DNA from: Lama guanicoe | Lineage: Eukaryota | Length of the DNA: 64,000 nucleotides | Assembly (NCBI GenBank): GCA_013239625.1 | Contig: MU053588.1 | Coordinates: 1,870,508-1,934,507, forward strand | Direction: 5' to 3' | Shown here: positions 1-12,220 of the stretch, in pieces | Position numbering within the stretch: the first letter of the stretch is position 1 | Layout of the letters: the number at the start of each line of letters is the position of its first letter | Program-made: the position numbers and the translations under genes | The notes under the pieces: model-generated | What the model was told of the DNA's origin: nothing | Database searches by the model: none | Seen by the model: the letters and a program-made list of their open reading frames with translations, nothing else

Positions 1-189
1 AATGTATATTTGTGAGTCCCAGTCCGTATCTACTGAATCATAAACTCTGGGGGTGGGACCCAACCTTTTGTGTTTTTACAAGCCTTCCATGTGGTCCTCA
101 TGCACCCTAAAGTTTGAGAACTACTGGCTGAAAAAGATCTCTTTTCTGGTAAAGTAAAACAAACAAACAAGCAAGCAGACAAACAAAAA

Positions 190-1340
190 AACCCCACAAC
201 CCTGCACACTCTCAAGAGAATGAGAAGACAAGCCAAAGATTGGGAGAAAGTAATTTCAGAACACGTATCTGGTAATATTGTTGTCTAAAATAAATAAAGA
301 ACGCTTTAAAGTCAATGACAAGGAGAACAAATCAGTTTTTAAAATGGGCCAAAGATCTGAACAGACCTCAACAAAGAAGATATACAGATGTCAAATAAGC
401 CTGTGATAAGATGCTTAACATCAAGTGTTATTAGGGAATTGTAAATTAAAACAAGATACCACTACACACTTTTAGTATGCCTAAAATTTAGAACAATGAC
501 AACACCAAATGCTGGTGAGGATGTGGAGCATCAGGAACTCTCATTCATTGCTGGTGAGAGTGCAAAATGGTACAGCCAGTTTGGAAGATAGTTTGATGGT
601 TTCCTACAAAACTAAGAATATTCTTACCATGTGATCCATGAGTTGTGCTCCTAAATGGTTTACCCAAAAGGGCTGAAAACTTTATGTCCCTAGAAAAACC
701 TGCACACGAATGTTTATAGCAGCTTTACTCATGATTGCCAAAACTTGGAAGAAAACAAGATGTTTCTCAGTAGGTGAATGGATGAATAAATTGTGGTACA
801 TCCAGACAATGTGATATGATTCAGCATTAAAAAGTATGAGCTATGGAGCCATGAGAAGACATGGAAGAACCTTAAGGTGAAAGAATCCAATCCGAAAAGG
901 CTACATACTGTATGATTCCAACTATAGGATACTCAAAGGTAAAACTATGGTGGCTGTAAAATGATCAGAGGTTCCCAGGGGTGAGGGAGATGAGTAGGTA
1001 GAGTGCAGATTTTTAGGGCAGTGAAAATACTCTGCATAATATTATAAGGATGAATATATGTTATTATGCATGTGTCCAAACCCATCAGATGTACAACACC
1101 AAGAGTGAACCCTAAGGTAAACTATGGATTTTGAATGATTATGATGTGTCAGTGTAGGCTCATCTATTATAAGAAACGTACCACTGATGGGGCATGTGGA
1201 GAGTGGGGAGGCTCTGCATGTGTGGAGATGGTGTACATGGAAATTATTTTGCTCTCAATTTTGCTTAGAACCTAGAACTGCTCCAAAAAATAATGTGTGA
1301 GAAAAGACATTAGTAGGAAAAGTGATGAAATCAAAATAAA
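190..1340 (+). mobile_element. Old L1 3' fragment (ORF2 end/3'UTR)
   Basis: Typical L1 motifs (aaatgctggtgaggatgtggag, gtacagcca.tttggaa, aatgtttatagcagctttactc). Confidence 0.85.
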
Positions 1341-1344
1341 GTCT

Positions 1345-1758
1345 GACTTACCATATGGATAAAGATGTGGTATATTTATACAATGGAATACTACTCAGCC
1401 ATAAAAAGAATAAAACAATACCATTTGCAGCAACACGGATGGACCTGGAGATCATCATTCTAAGTAAGCCAAAAAGAGGAAGAAAAATGCCATGTATATA
1501 GTAATGTGTATCTGTTAATCCCAAACTCATAATTTATCTCTCCTCCCCCTTCCCCTTTGGTAACCATAATTTGTTTTCTATGTCCATGAGTCTATTTCCG
1601 GCTTGTAAATAAAATTTGTGTTTTTAAAAATTCCACGTGTAAGTGATATCGTATGGTATTTGTCTTTCTTTGTCTGACTTACTTCACTTAGTATGACAAT
1701 CTCCAGGCCCATCCATGTTGCAAATGGCATTTCATTTTTTCTGGTTGAATAATATTCC

Positions 1759-1811
<53 letters not shown>

Positions 1812-2170
1812 CCACATCTTCCTTATCCAGTCATCTGTTGATGGACATTTAGGTTGCTTGCATTTATTTGCTATTGTAAATAGTGCTGCTATGAACGCAG
1901 GGGTGCATGTGTTTTTTCGAATTAGAGTTTTCCCCAGATACGTGGCCAGGAGTGGGATTGCTGGATCATATGGTAAGTCTGTTTTTAGTTTTTAAGGAAC
2001 CTCCATACCGTCCTCCATAGTGGCTGCACCAATTTACATTCCCACCAACAGTGTGGGAGGGTTTCCTCTTCTCCACACCTTCTCAAGCATGTATTATGTA
2101 GATTTTTGACGATGGCCATCCTGATGGATGTGAGGTGATACCTCATTGTGGTTTTGATTTGCATTTTGAG
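1345..2170. mobile_element. Two L1 3' fragments in opposite orientation (+ ~1345-1495, - ~1500-2170)
   Basis: Minus-strand [14 protein letters not shown]...[11 protein letters not shown] is the L1 ORF2 C-terminus. Confidence 0.85.
1764..1810. repeat. (CA)n microsatellite, ~23 units
   Basis: Direct reading. Confidence 0.97.
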
Positions 2171-2607
2171 AGGCATGATTTTTTAAAAATACAATTCATA
2201 TGTTAAGTTCCCTTACTTAGAATTCTTCATGGGATTTCAACTGTCGCAAATCCAAACTCCTTCACAAACGTTATGAGGACCTCTATGATTTAAGCTCTGC
2301 TAAGTTCTTCACCCAGGTTTGCTGCTGTCTTGTGTGGGAAAGGCTGGGCAACACTGGATGTTGGGGGCTTTGACAGTCCATCTTCCCCACACGCTGTCCC
2401 CTGGCACCTCCTGCTTGCACCCCAGGCCACACAAAGATCTGCCCACGCAGAGTCTCTTCCTCACCTTCCAATTTCGGGTGTCTTACCAGCTTATTCTTTC
2501 TCCCAGCACCCTTTTTGTTTACTCTTTTGTCCTGAGTGACAGTTGTGAATATTTTATCCATTTTCTTCTTGACTTTCATTTATTTTTCCTCCACTCTTTG
2601 AGGTCAG

Positions 2608-2770
2608 GGATTAGATCTTGAGTCACACTTTTATTCCAAGGACCCTGCACAACACCCGGCACAAAAGAGGTTCTCAATAAGCCTGTGCTGAGTGGATCAT
2701 TGGAGGGTGTGGCATTAGGGAGAATAGGGTGGGATCTGATTGCATTAAAATTTTGCTTAAATATTAGACT
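2608..2770 (+). promoter_or_regulatory. LEUTX proximal promoter: DUX-type site (2737-2747), K50 GGATTA site (2608-2613), AT-rich TATA-like element (~2757-2766)
   Basis: TGATTGCATTA is the reverse complement of TAATGCAATCA, which fits the TAAYBBAATCA DUX consensus. Confidence 0.6.
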
Positions 2771-2848
2771 TCTAAGCCCAGTAGACACTTAGACTAAATT
2801 TCAGTCAGAAAACACACCTGGTTGATTCATTGCTCTTCTGAAGGATAC

Positions 2849-2855
2849 ATGGCAG
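2849..2855 (+). CDS. LEUTX: LEUTX coding exon 1 (ATG GCA G)
   Basis: Strong donor CAG|GTAAGC; phase 1 matches exon 2 (G+AA=Glu); DUX-type motif about 100 bp upstream. Confidence 0.75.
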
Positions 2856-5800
2856 GTAAGCTGGGGCAAAGGCAATGTAAACTTAAGATGCTAGAGGCTG
2901 AGTGATTGGGTTGTAGATAAACTAAGGCGAGAGAGGTGAGAGTTTGTGGTCATCCCTGGGTTGTCAGTTTGGTGAACCACTGGGTTGTACCAATAGAGAG
3001 TATTTGAAAAACAATCAGTAACTTGACTCCTGCCAGTAATGTGAGTTTTTGTTTCTCCACGTTTTAAACACCTGATGTTGTCATACTTTAAAAATGTCAG
3101 TCATTTGGTGGTGTTCAAAACCAAAATTCAAATGAACAAATTTTGAAGATCATGTTGGCTTTATTCAATGATTCAAGAATGGGGCAGCATCCAATCCAGC
3201 AGATCAAAACGGGCTCCGAGGAGCTGTACAAAATGAATGACTTATAGGCAGGGTGGAGGAACTCGGAAGTTATATAAAGCGAAAAAGCAGATTGATTATT
3301 GCAGAGTTCCTTCCCTTTATAGGATGGCAGGGGCCTATCAGGAAGTTACCTAACTGAGCTGATGGAGCAATTAGTGATTGATTTGTTTAAGATTCCATTT
3401 CTGGGAGAGCTGAAACTAAATTGTCTCGGTTTGTTGATATGGAACTTGGTGTAAGTGACTCCATTTTGGGTCTATTGTCTTGTTTTTAATAGTGGGTTCT
3501 TAAAATTTGATCCAATTGCATTTCTTTATTAACTAGTGCAACTGAGACTCTTCACTCTTTTAAAGTCCATTCTGCTTTTCTTGTGTGCTAATTTCCCACT
3601 TCTCTCCTTTGCTGTTTCTCTAGTGTTATCTTTTTCCCCTTGAGTTTTAGCAGGACATTTTTGTTGTATTCTAGACACTAACAATTTGTCTCTTACATTG
3701 TTGCAAATATATTCTCCCAATCTGTTTTAAAATTTACTCATGAGTTCTAATGTCCAGATATTTTAAATATTGGTGCTGTGATATTTATCAGCTTTTCCCT
3801 TTTATTATTGGCATTTAGAAAGCCTAGCATAGAAGTGTATTTCTTGACCAGGCATGTGAAAATAATTTTATTTATCTTTTCCATTTCAATTGCTTTAAAA
3901 ATTATTTTAATGTTAGAAAAAAAGCAGTGTTATGCCTCAACATGCTCACTTATCAGAAATTGTAACTGGTTCCTTTGGTACATGTTCCATCCATATTGTT
4001 TAATACTGAACTAATGAAATTAATTCATTCATCAGTTTTGATATTGTCCTTTCAGTTTGGTAGATGAAGATTTTAGACTCATAGCCACATCTCTCCTCAG
4101 TTTTACTCTATACAACTTACTAATAGAGGGTAAAAATTAACATTGGTTAATTAAAATAATTTAATAATAATGTAATAATAATTTGATTAAGTCAATATCA
4201 ATTTAATCACATGTAAATATTATTCACTGCAGAGTTAATTTATACTGAAATGATTCATGTAACATAAACTTTATAATTTGAGGTAATATTCTTTCTTTTT
4301 TCTCATATGCTTAAGATGCATCCTTCTTAACTTTGAACTGTCTGATTTATCAGTTTGGCCGATGGCATCTTCAGTATTTTCTCCCGAATATCCAAGCCAA
4401 TTAGATAATCAAATGAATCAATTTTACTGATTGTCTCTTATATGGTGTATTAAAGAACGAAGTTCAACAGAGGGAATTTGAAGATCTAATTGGCTTTATT
4501 CAACAATTAATGAAATGACTAACATCCAGTTTAGGAAATCGAAAGGCGCTTCTGAGGAGCTGTACAAAATGGAAAGATTTTAGAGGCAGAAAGTGTGTGG
4601 GACAAGGAAGTCATAAACGAGAGAAAGGATTATTTCAGGCAGTCACCTTTGTGGGGAGGTAGAGGTCTGTGTGGCAGATTACCTCACCGGTGCTGGCCAG
4701 GAAATTCCAGACTGACTGGTTAAAGGTCCCATTCCTGGGAGAGGCTGAAACCGCAGTTAGGCTAAGTATTGAGTTTTGGTTTGCTGGTATGGGGCTTACA
4801 CAGATGACTCCATTTGGGACTTGTGTCTTTTACACAGGTACTTCTGTCCTCCTGGAATCAGCTCTGTTTGCTTTCCAGGCCTGGTGTATAGGCCTCAGCC
4901 TGGGACTTCCCCATGTTACTCTGTTTTCTTCTACATAAATTCCCGCTTGTTCTTTATTTTGCTAGGTTGAACTACATCCTCATGTAGTGCATGGAAGGTA
5001 AATTGGTTGAACCAATGAGCATCTGAAAGTGTCTTTATCCTGTCTTCACGTGGAAGGATAAATTTGACTGCTTAGAGAATTTTAGGTTGAAAGTAGTTTC
5101 CTTAAAAATGTAATAATAGTCCTTGATTCATTATATTAAAGTCCCCAACTATTCTTGTGTTGCTGTGTATTTCATCTTTAATATTTGCTTTCTATATTTA
5201 CGTCCTCCTATGTTGGGAGCATAAATGTTTATAAATGTTACATCCTTTTGGTAGGTTGGCCCCATTATCATTCTGTTATGCCTTTCTTTGTCCTTTGTTA
5301 CAATCTTTTGTTTTAAAGTCACTTTTTCTGATGTAAGTATTGCTACACCAGTTTGCATTTCCTTTCCATTGGCATGGTATAGCTTTTTTTTATCTCTTTA
5401 CTTTCAGTCTGTATCTTCAGGTGTTTTTTTTTTGTTTGTTTTTGTTTGTTTGTTTAGTATCTTTAGTTTTGAAGTGCATCTCTTGTAGCCATTGTATAGA
5501 AAGGCCTTAGGTTTTTTTTAAATCTGTTCAGCCACCTATGTCTTTCGATTGGAGAATTCAGTTCACTTACATTTAAAGTAATTACTGATAAGTATGTAAT
5601 GATTGTCATTAAAAAATTACTTTCTGGCTGTTTTTGTAGTTCCTCTCTGTTCTTTCTTCTTCTCTTTCTCTCTTCCCTTGTGGTTTGATTTTCTTTAGTG
5701 TTATGTTTGTATCTTTTCTCATTTTCTTTAGGTATTTAATAGAAATGTTTTCTTTGTGGTTACCATGAAGTTCACATATATGATATCCTATGTATTTGAT

Positions 5801-7344
5801 AATCTCTTTTAAGTTGACAGTAACTTAATTTAGAACACATCCCAAACTTTATATGTTTAATTCTCCCCTCCCAGGTTTTATGTTTTTGATGGCACATTTT
5901 ACATATTTTTATGTTATACACCCTCCTTGTATCTTTTACCCTTTCTTCTTGCTTTGTACGTGATTTATCCACTACCTTTATTATTGGGGATATTTTGTAC
6001 GAAAGCCTTTTTTCTATCCCCATTACAGAAAAGCCGAGTACCACTCGCCGATTCCGCACACACTTTAGTCGGGGACAACTTAGAGTACTAAGAGATACAT
6101 TTGAAAAGACCAGGTACCCAAATTGGTTCATTGTAAACCAGCTTTCTTCAAGTATTCATCTTGACGAGTCGATAATAAAGGTATGTCCCTGATTCTGTCT
6201 CTAGGTAGCTAGAGAGCACATCTAACCCAGAGTTTCACACATGCTTTCAGTCATTGTGTAATTCGAATTGCTCGAGTGATTGCTATGTGCCAGGACAGAT
6301 GTTAAGCATTTATGTATTTATTCTAATGATCATTCCTTTTATTGAAGTTAATAGAGAGGAATTGTTTTCCAAGAATTATAAACAAAATAGCTAGAATTTG
6401 AACCCAGGCCTTTCTGACTCTAGACCCACAATGCTAGATGAGATCCCTTGTCCATGGATCTCAGATACTCCCATTTGGGTTTGTTCCTGTTGGTTCTCGT
6501 TAATCATGACATTCATGATCATCTAGATACCTTTCAACTAAGTGCCCACAGAATGTTCAGGGCATAAGAACCCCTTGATGAATCCTGAAGGCACCCCCAA
6601 GCCAGACTCCCACTCCATATTCTCAGGCTTCAGAATCCTTGCTTAGAGAACCCAGAGTGTCCACCAAGACAAAACCGACTTTCCTAAACATACCTCCCGA
6701 TCTAGGCTTGAAGTGCTCTGTCCTGTTCTCCCCATTGCTAACACAATCTTACATGCCCTTTGCTCTCTGGATCCCAGAACAGAAGAGGATAGAAAGAACT
6801 TTCCTCATTCAAATAAATATGAAGACATGTAAGAGTAGCTTTCACATGCCCAAAGCTGCCTAGTTTCTGAGGTGTATGAGGATCCCCCTTTGGACCTATC
6901 CCGTCTTATGCACCTGTTCATCTCTTCCCTCCCCAGACTTGGTTTAAGAATCAGCGTGTCAAATGGAGGAAGCGGGAGCAGCAAACTGGGGAGAATCTGT
7001 CACTAGAAGACCCACAACAGGTCAGTTCAGTGGAGGAGGAAGAGGCCTCCTCACCTGCCACTTCAGCAAACAGTCGTCCCACAGATCTCAGCATCTCAGA
7101 TGCCTCTGACCATGAACCACCTAAGCCTGGTATTGAGCAACCTCAGGCGGCCGGTGCTACTCCGTGCAGTTCATCTTGTGGGCTGCTGCCTGATGATCTC
7201 CAACAGATAAATTTCAGAGACTTTGACCTTCCTTGGGCCTCCACTCCTTATGACTTGGATCAGTTTATACAATTATATGCCTTACCTGGGGGTGATGGTC
7301 CCTGGAGTCTGGATCACGACCTCTTCCCAGAGTGCTCCGATTGA
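2849..7344 (+). CDS. LEUTX: Leucine-twenty (PRD-like, K50) homeobox protein, 188 aa; join(2849..2855,6029..6180,6937..7344)
   Basis: ATG GCA G|gtaag exon 1; cag|AA...AAG|gtatgt exon 2; cag|ACT TGG TTT AAG AAT CAG exon 3. Phases are consistent. Protein: MAEKPSTTRRFRTHFSRGQLRVLRDTFEKTRYPNWFIVNQLSSSIHLDESIIKTWFKNQRVKWRKRE...LPWASTPYDLDQFIQLYALPG...DLFPECSD. Has the PRD-class intron between homeodomain codons 46/47 and a LEUTX-type acidic C-terminus; lies next to DYRK1B/FBL. Confidence 0.92.
3112..3490 (-). mobile_element. Solo LTR in LEUTX intron 1 (same family as 4446-4835 and 37540-37830)
   Basis: Shared blocks ttgaagatc..ttggctttatt and gaggagctgtacaaaatg; AATAAA on the - strand. Confidence 0.7.
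4446..4835 (-). mobile_element. Solo LTR in LEUTX intron 1
   Basis: TG...CA ends; colinear similarity to 3112-3490. Confidence 0.7.
5110..5985 (-). mobile_element. L1 fragment including ORF2 endonuclease region
   Basis: GVAILTSEK...TFINIYAPN L1 endonuclease motif in ORF 5149..5358. Confidence 0.85.
6029..6180 (+). CDS. LEUTX: LEUTX exon 2 (homeodomain helices 1-2)
   Basis: RRFRTHFSRGQLRVLRDTFEKTRYP...ESIIK bounded by AG/GT. Confidence 0.93.
6937..7344 (+). CDS. LEUTX: LEUTX exon 3 (helix 3 WFKNQR plus C-terminal activation region)
   Basis: Polypyrimidine tract plus cag acceptor; in frame with ORF 7030..7344. Confidence 0.93.
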   Translation, partial: TWFKNQRVKWRKREQQTGENLSLEDPQQVSSVEEEEASSPATSANSRPTDLSISDASDHEPPKPGIEQPQAAGATPCSSSCGLLPDDLQQINFRDFDLPWASTPYDLDQFIQLYALPGGDGPWSLDHDLFPECSD

Positions 7345-7867
7345 GGGAGTATGACGGGCATTGATCTTCAGTGTGATGGCTAGATCCTGAGAAAGTTCTG
7401 TGACCCAAATATTGACCAACTGAGAGACATTTCCAAACACCTTTAATAGGTCCATGTCAGTTTAAACAGGTCACAGTCCAGGAATTTCTCTTTTTCCCTA
7501 AGTAAAAAAAACAAACAAAAAAAAACCTTCTTTCATCGTTGCCAGTAATTTCTGTGCTCTGAGTTGTGTCCTCAACCCAATTTCAGTGTAAAGGACAGTC
7601 ATCAGGTCTTTGGAGAAATAGCAGAAACCAGCTGGTTTTCCTAGCTTGTCCCAATTGAGCTCTGAAAGCACCCCACTGATGACAATACCATGTGAAAAAT
7701 ACCTATTTTCTATGGACTAGCTTTATCTCTTAAAGAAAAATTAGGAATCAGCAGCATGGTGGACTAGGAGATCCCAGCACTTGTACCTGATAAAACCAAC
7801 CGTTTGATAATTATTCACTAATGATAATAGCTCTGGGAGAACTCTGGAGTTCAATTAAGAAGCCGCA

Positions 7868-9128
7868 ACGCAACAGGCACATGAAAAGAGGCTCAACATT
7901 GCTAACCACACAGATCAAAACCACAATGGGATACCACCTCGTACCTGTCAGAATGGCTACCATCTAAAAGAATGCAAATAACAAACGTTGGTTGGCGAGG
8001 ATGTGGAGAAAAGGGAACCCTCCTACACTGTTGGGAATGCAAACTGGTGCAGCTGCTGTGGAAAAACACTATGGAGGTTTCTCAAAAAACTAAAAATAGA
8101 ATTACCACATGACCCAGCAATTCCACTCCTGGGTGTATACCCCCAAAATCCCCCAGAACTCTAATACAAAAAGATACATGCACCCCCATTGTTCATAGCA
8201 ACATTATTTACAGTAGCTGAGACATGGAAGCAACCTAAGTGTCCATCATCAGATAAATGGATGAAGAAGACATGGTATAAAGTCCATGGGTGGGAAAGCG
8301 CACGGCAAACAGCTGGCCACTAAAGTTGCCGAGAAAAGTGCCCCTTCTACTGCCGGGGTGAAAAAACCTCATTGCTGCAGGCTGGCGACCCTTGCGCTTA
8401 CCAGAAATCCACTGAGCTTCTGATCCGGAAGCTGCCTTCCCAGAGGCTGGTGAGGGAGATGGCCCAGGATTTCAAAACTGTCTTGAGGTTCCAGAATGCT
8501 GCCCTTGGTGCCCTCCAGGAGGCTAGTGAAGTGCCCCTGGTGGGTTTATTTGAAGATACTAATCTGTGTGCTACGCACGCTAAGAGAGTCGTCATGTCTG
8601 AAGACAGGTTTGCTGGATACCGCATGAGAGAGCATAAGTAAGGGCCATTTTTATGGTGGTGTGTAGCAAAATCTGTAAAGTACTTTGGTTTAACTTGTGG
8701 CTATTTTGGTAAGAAATTGTTTATAATATGCTGTGTTTCTACCTGGAGTCATCCCATCTTTCACTAATGATGAATGCGAACAGAGACTCCAGTTCATGGA
8801 ACCTCTGCCAGTTAAGATGGTGTCATCTGGTATAAGGTCCTGGGAAAATCACTTCATAGAGATGGCTTTCCAAGTGGTTTTAAAACTTAACTTTCTACTG
8901 AAGTTTTTAGGTCAGTTATGTATGTTGAGTACATTTACACATGAACTTATTTATCAAAAAAATTGAAATAAATAAGCTACAAGGATATATTATACAACAC
9001 AGGGAATAAAGATTTTATAATAACTATAAGTGGACTATAACCTTTAAAATTGTGAATCACTATATTGTATACCTGTAATTTATATAATATTATACATCAA
9101 CTGTACTTCAATAAACATTTTTTTTTTT
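7868..9128 (+). mobile_element. 5'-truncated L1, interrupted by an H3.3 retrocopy
   Basis: L1 ORF2 3' and 3'UTR sequence; TSD AAGAAGC(C/G)GCA at 7857-7867 and 9129-9139. Confidence 0.8.
8280..8962 (+). pseudogene. Processed pseudogene of histone H3.3 (H3F3B/H3-3B type)
   Basis: [31 protein letters not shown] (S31, H3.3-specific), then a frameshift, then [13 protein letters not shown]...[11 protein letters not shown]. First 8 codons are missing; intronless; 3'UTR resembles H3F3B (from memory); short A tail. Confidence 0.9.
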
Positions 9129-9279
9129 AAGAAGCGGCAGGGACTGTGTGGAGAATTAAAAAAAATACCAAGGCTGGCCCCAGAAATGGAAACACCTTAC
9201 CTGTGTCACTCCATCCTCCCGTCCCACTTAACTTTCTTGCAAGAGGCATCCCTTTGGCTGTGACCTTGCACTTGAGGAG

Positions 9280-9640
9280 GAAAGACGAGCAAGAAGACCT
9301 TAGCCACGTTCACCAAGAAGTACCCAAGCAGCCCTTATGTTCTGCCCACATTTTCCATAGTGGGAGCTGTTGCAAGAATATGGCCTTGAGAGAGTGTGGC
9401 GTTGTTGAGACCATCCCGACTAAATATGTGACTGGACCCAGTTAAGGCCTCTGTATAAACTTTTTAAGATGTATTGAGTGGGTGTGGAGATCTCTGTATC
9501 TTGTGACTCCCCCCCAGACAAGCCTTGTAGTTAAGTTCCCTTGCTCGTTAAACCTGCCACCCACCAATCTGGTGTGATCTTCCTCTTCATTCAGTCTCTC
9601 CTTGCCCTCGGTGAGTAGGGGGACAGTTTATGAATCATCA
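9280..9640 (+). mobile_element. LTR-like element abutting ERV internal sequence
   Basis: TATAAA plus a degenerate polyA-like region (cccttgctcgttaaacctgcc); family not determined. Confidence 0.5.
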
Positions 9641-12094
9641 GGTGATTATTAAGAAATGGGATGAATAAAATGGAAATTGATGGGGCTCAGACAAAGGTTC
9701 TAAACCAGTACTACCAAACATTGGGTTGGCCCAAAGTACTCCTACTGTTCCTTCATCAGGGAGTCCCAAACAAGTCAGCTCTATTTTCCCTAGTTTGGAG
9801 AAATCTTAAAAGCCGAAAGTCAAATTGTAATGAGAAATCTAACCTGCCATCACTTTGAACAATGGTTAGGCAGATTGATCCAGATGAAGACTGACCAAAG
9901 GGCCAGAGTCCCTTAACACGACCCTTTCTGGGGGACCCAAAGTCTTTCTGCAGAAGAGTGGGTAAAAGGGTCAGTGGTGGAAAGAGAAGTTTCCAGAACT
10001 CCTTGATGTGGGAGCCCCGCCAATGGTGATACCAAAACCCACTGGTGAAGTCCTGACATGAGCCATAGCGAGACTGAGAACATCAAGACGTAAGGGCCGA
10101 TGGGATTATAAAAATTGGAATGTTTACACAGGCATTATGTAAAAAGGTTGTGTCTCCTTTACCTGAATGTTTTATGGGAATGGACATTACCTCTGGCAAT
10201 GAAACACAAATCCCCTACTTAGAGGTGCAAAAGTAAAACTTAATAAAGTGCTATTGGAGGTTACAGTTAAGGATGCAAGAGCTGATTTAATTAAGGTGAA
10301 TGTTTGGAGAACAGCTATATTTCAACAGGCTTTATGTGAAGAGGTGCATCTCTTTGACCTGATTGTGTTATGGGGGTGGACATTATCTCTGACTGGGGAA
10401 TGCTACTCCTAACAAGTACTGTAAAATGGAAGGCATGTGCATTCGCCCTTCGACACCATTAATCGGACGTGCTAAGTCGGAACTGGTCACAAACATTGCA
10501 TGTCCCAGCAATGACTACTGGTCCATTGGAATAGGGAATTTCTTCTTGAGAGGCAAGCTTGCTGTTCCTGTTAGCTGGCTAATGGACACTATTGGAAACT
10601 GTCCCTTTGACTAAAGGATTTGAAGAATCTTGGGACCTGAAATAGCCATCATATCTTGGATGATGTTGAAGAAGTGCTCTAATGGTGATGTCTGTTCTTA
10701 GAGGAATTCTGTAACAAAATGGAAATAGTTTATACAGGATCATGTCCCTGGGGGATGGAAGGAGGAGGTATGATCAGGGAGCCTCTCTTCCCCTGGAACT
10801 GACTTTGGAACCATGTGAGGAGCCACTGGATTCTCATGTCACATGGACACTGCTCTACAGATAGCTCCAAGTGACCAACAAAGGGCTGTTAGATCTGTGG
10901 ACCGAAGTTCCAAAGTAAATGGACAACATCCTGCTTCTGATCAAAGTTAAAAATAAATTGGCTCAGTGGGCTGAACTGCATGCATTTTCCTAGCAGGATA
11001 ATAGAATTAAACAGTGGCAAAGGTCCCTGAATTTTGATTTTTACTGACTCATTGGCAGTGGCGCAATGGCTTGGCTACGTGGTCTGGCAGAGGGCCTATG
11101 AAAAGTTGCCCAGATGAGGCATGGCCCTTTAGGAATCACCATGGGAATTTGAGGGGTGTATTAAAATAGGACATGCCTCTGCCCATCAGAAAAGCCCCTT
11201 ACAGCTTTGCTAAGATGTTTGGATTCAACACACAGATATCCCTCCCTGTGCTTGCTTAAGTGGCCACCTCAGTCCATGAAATGAGTGATTCTGGGGGCAC
11301 AGCAGCAATGCAGAGATGGGCTGAATCTAGATCTGTTCATCTTGCACCCTCCAAGGCAAACACAGCCCATTAGAGCTGTCCATCTTCCAGCAGATAGAGA
11401 CTGCAGATGAATATGTGGCATCTCCCTGGGGAGAAGACTGTTCATAGCCAGAGAGTGAGATGGATGCTTGTAGCCCTGGAGGTCTACAAAGGGGTCCGGA
11501 CAGAAACAGACACTGACTTTGGACTGGGCTTTTCTTACTTGGTGGTAGATACAAATGCTCAGAGTGCTGGAAAAGAAGCAGAACAGAAGAAACTGCACCC
11601 ATTTGGATGGCCAGCTGTCACTTCTTCAGACAAGGAACACACTTTACAGCCCATGTCCAGCAATGGGTGGAGAGACATCCTCCCCAGAGTACTGGTTTGC
11701 TAGAGAACTGGAGTGGGCAATTAAAACATTGGTTGTCTAAAATGGGAAGAGGGGAATAAAGGCATGAAAAAGGCTTACACACCTTCATGAGTGTGTGCGC
11801 GCTCTCAACATGGGTGGAGTTAATGGAGTGCCCCCACTGGATGGAGTCCGCTGTTTTCTTGGTGGATCGGGTGGAAAGGGGGTGGGGAAGGATGCTAGTG
11901 TGACTGCAGTTCATGTCAAGGGGACAGGGTGATGGTGTTATAACTGCATTTTTCCTTTTTTCCCCAGCGTCACTTAAGGTTTTTAAAAAATACGATACGT
12001 TGATTAGAGGACCAGAGCTGTGACTACAAATGCTGGGAGCAGGGATGATTGGTAAGCAAGAAACTAATTACTATACTTTAAAATCTTATGTTGT

Positions 12095-12220
12095 GGGGGA
12101 GGGTACAGCTTAGTGGTAGAGCATGTGCTTAGCATGCACTAGGTCCTGGGTTCAATCCTTGATACCTCCATTAAAATAAATCTAATTATAAATGAATAAA
12201 TAAATAAATCTGTTCCCCAC
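12095..12220 (+). mobile_element. tRNA-Ala-derived SINE (Vic-1-like, camelid)
   Basis: ggggagggtacagcttagtggtagagcatgtgcttagcatgcac..gggttcaatcc plus aataaataaa tail. Confidence 0.85.

Noticed and set aside
1345..2170. Inverted L1 pair as a twin-priming event
   Set aside because: The two pieces cover the same L1 region, so two separate insertions are more likely.
7740..7880. L1 5' end joined to ORF2 3' part as a spliced L1
   Set aside because: The TSD at 7857-7867/9129-9139 shows a separate truncated L1 inserted into an older element.
8372..8641. Histone-fold ORF as a functional H3 variant
   Set aside because: No ATG or N-terminus, frameshifting deletion, many substitutions; processed pseudogene.
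12095..12170. tRNA-Ala(AGC)-like sequences (also ~17645, 20575, 36803, 63040)
   Set aside because: Diverged, with SINE tails or TSDs; these are SINEs, not tRNA genes.
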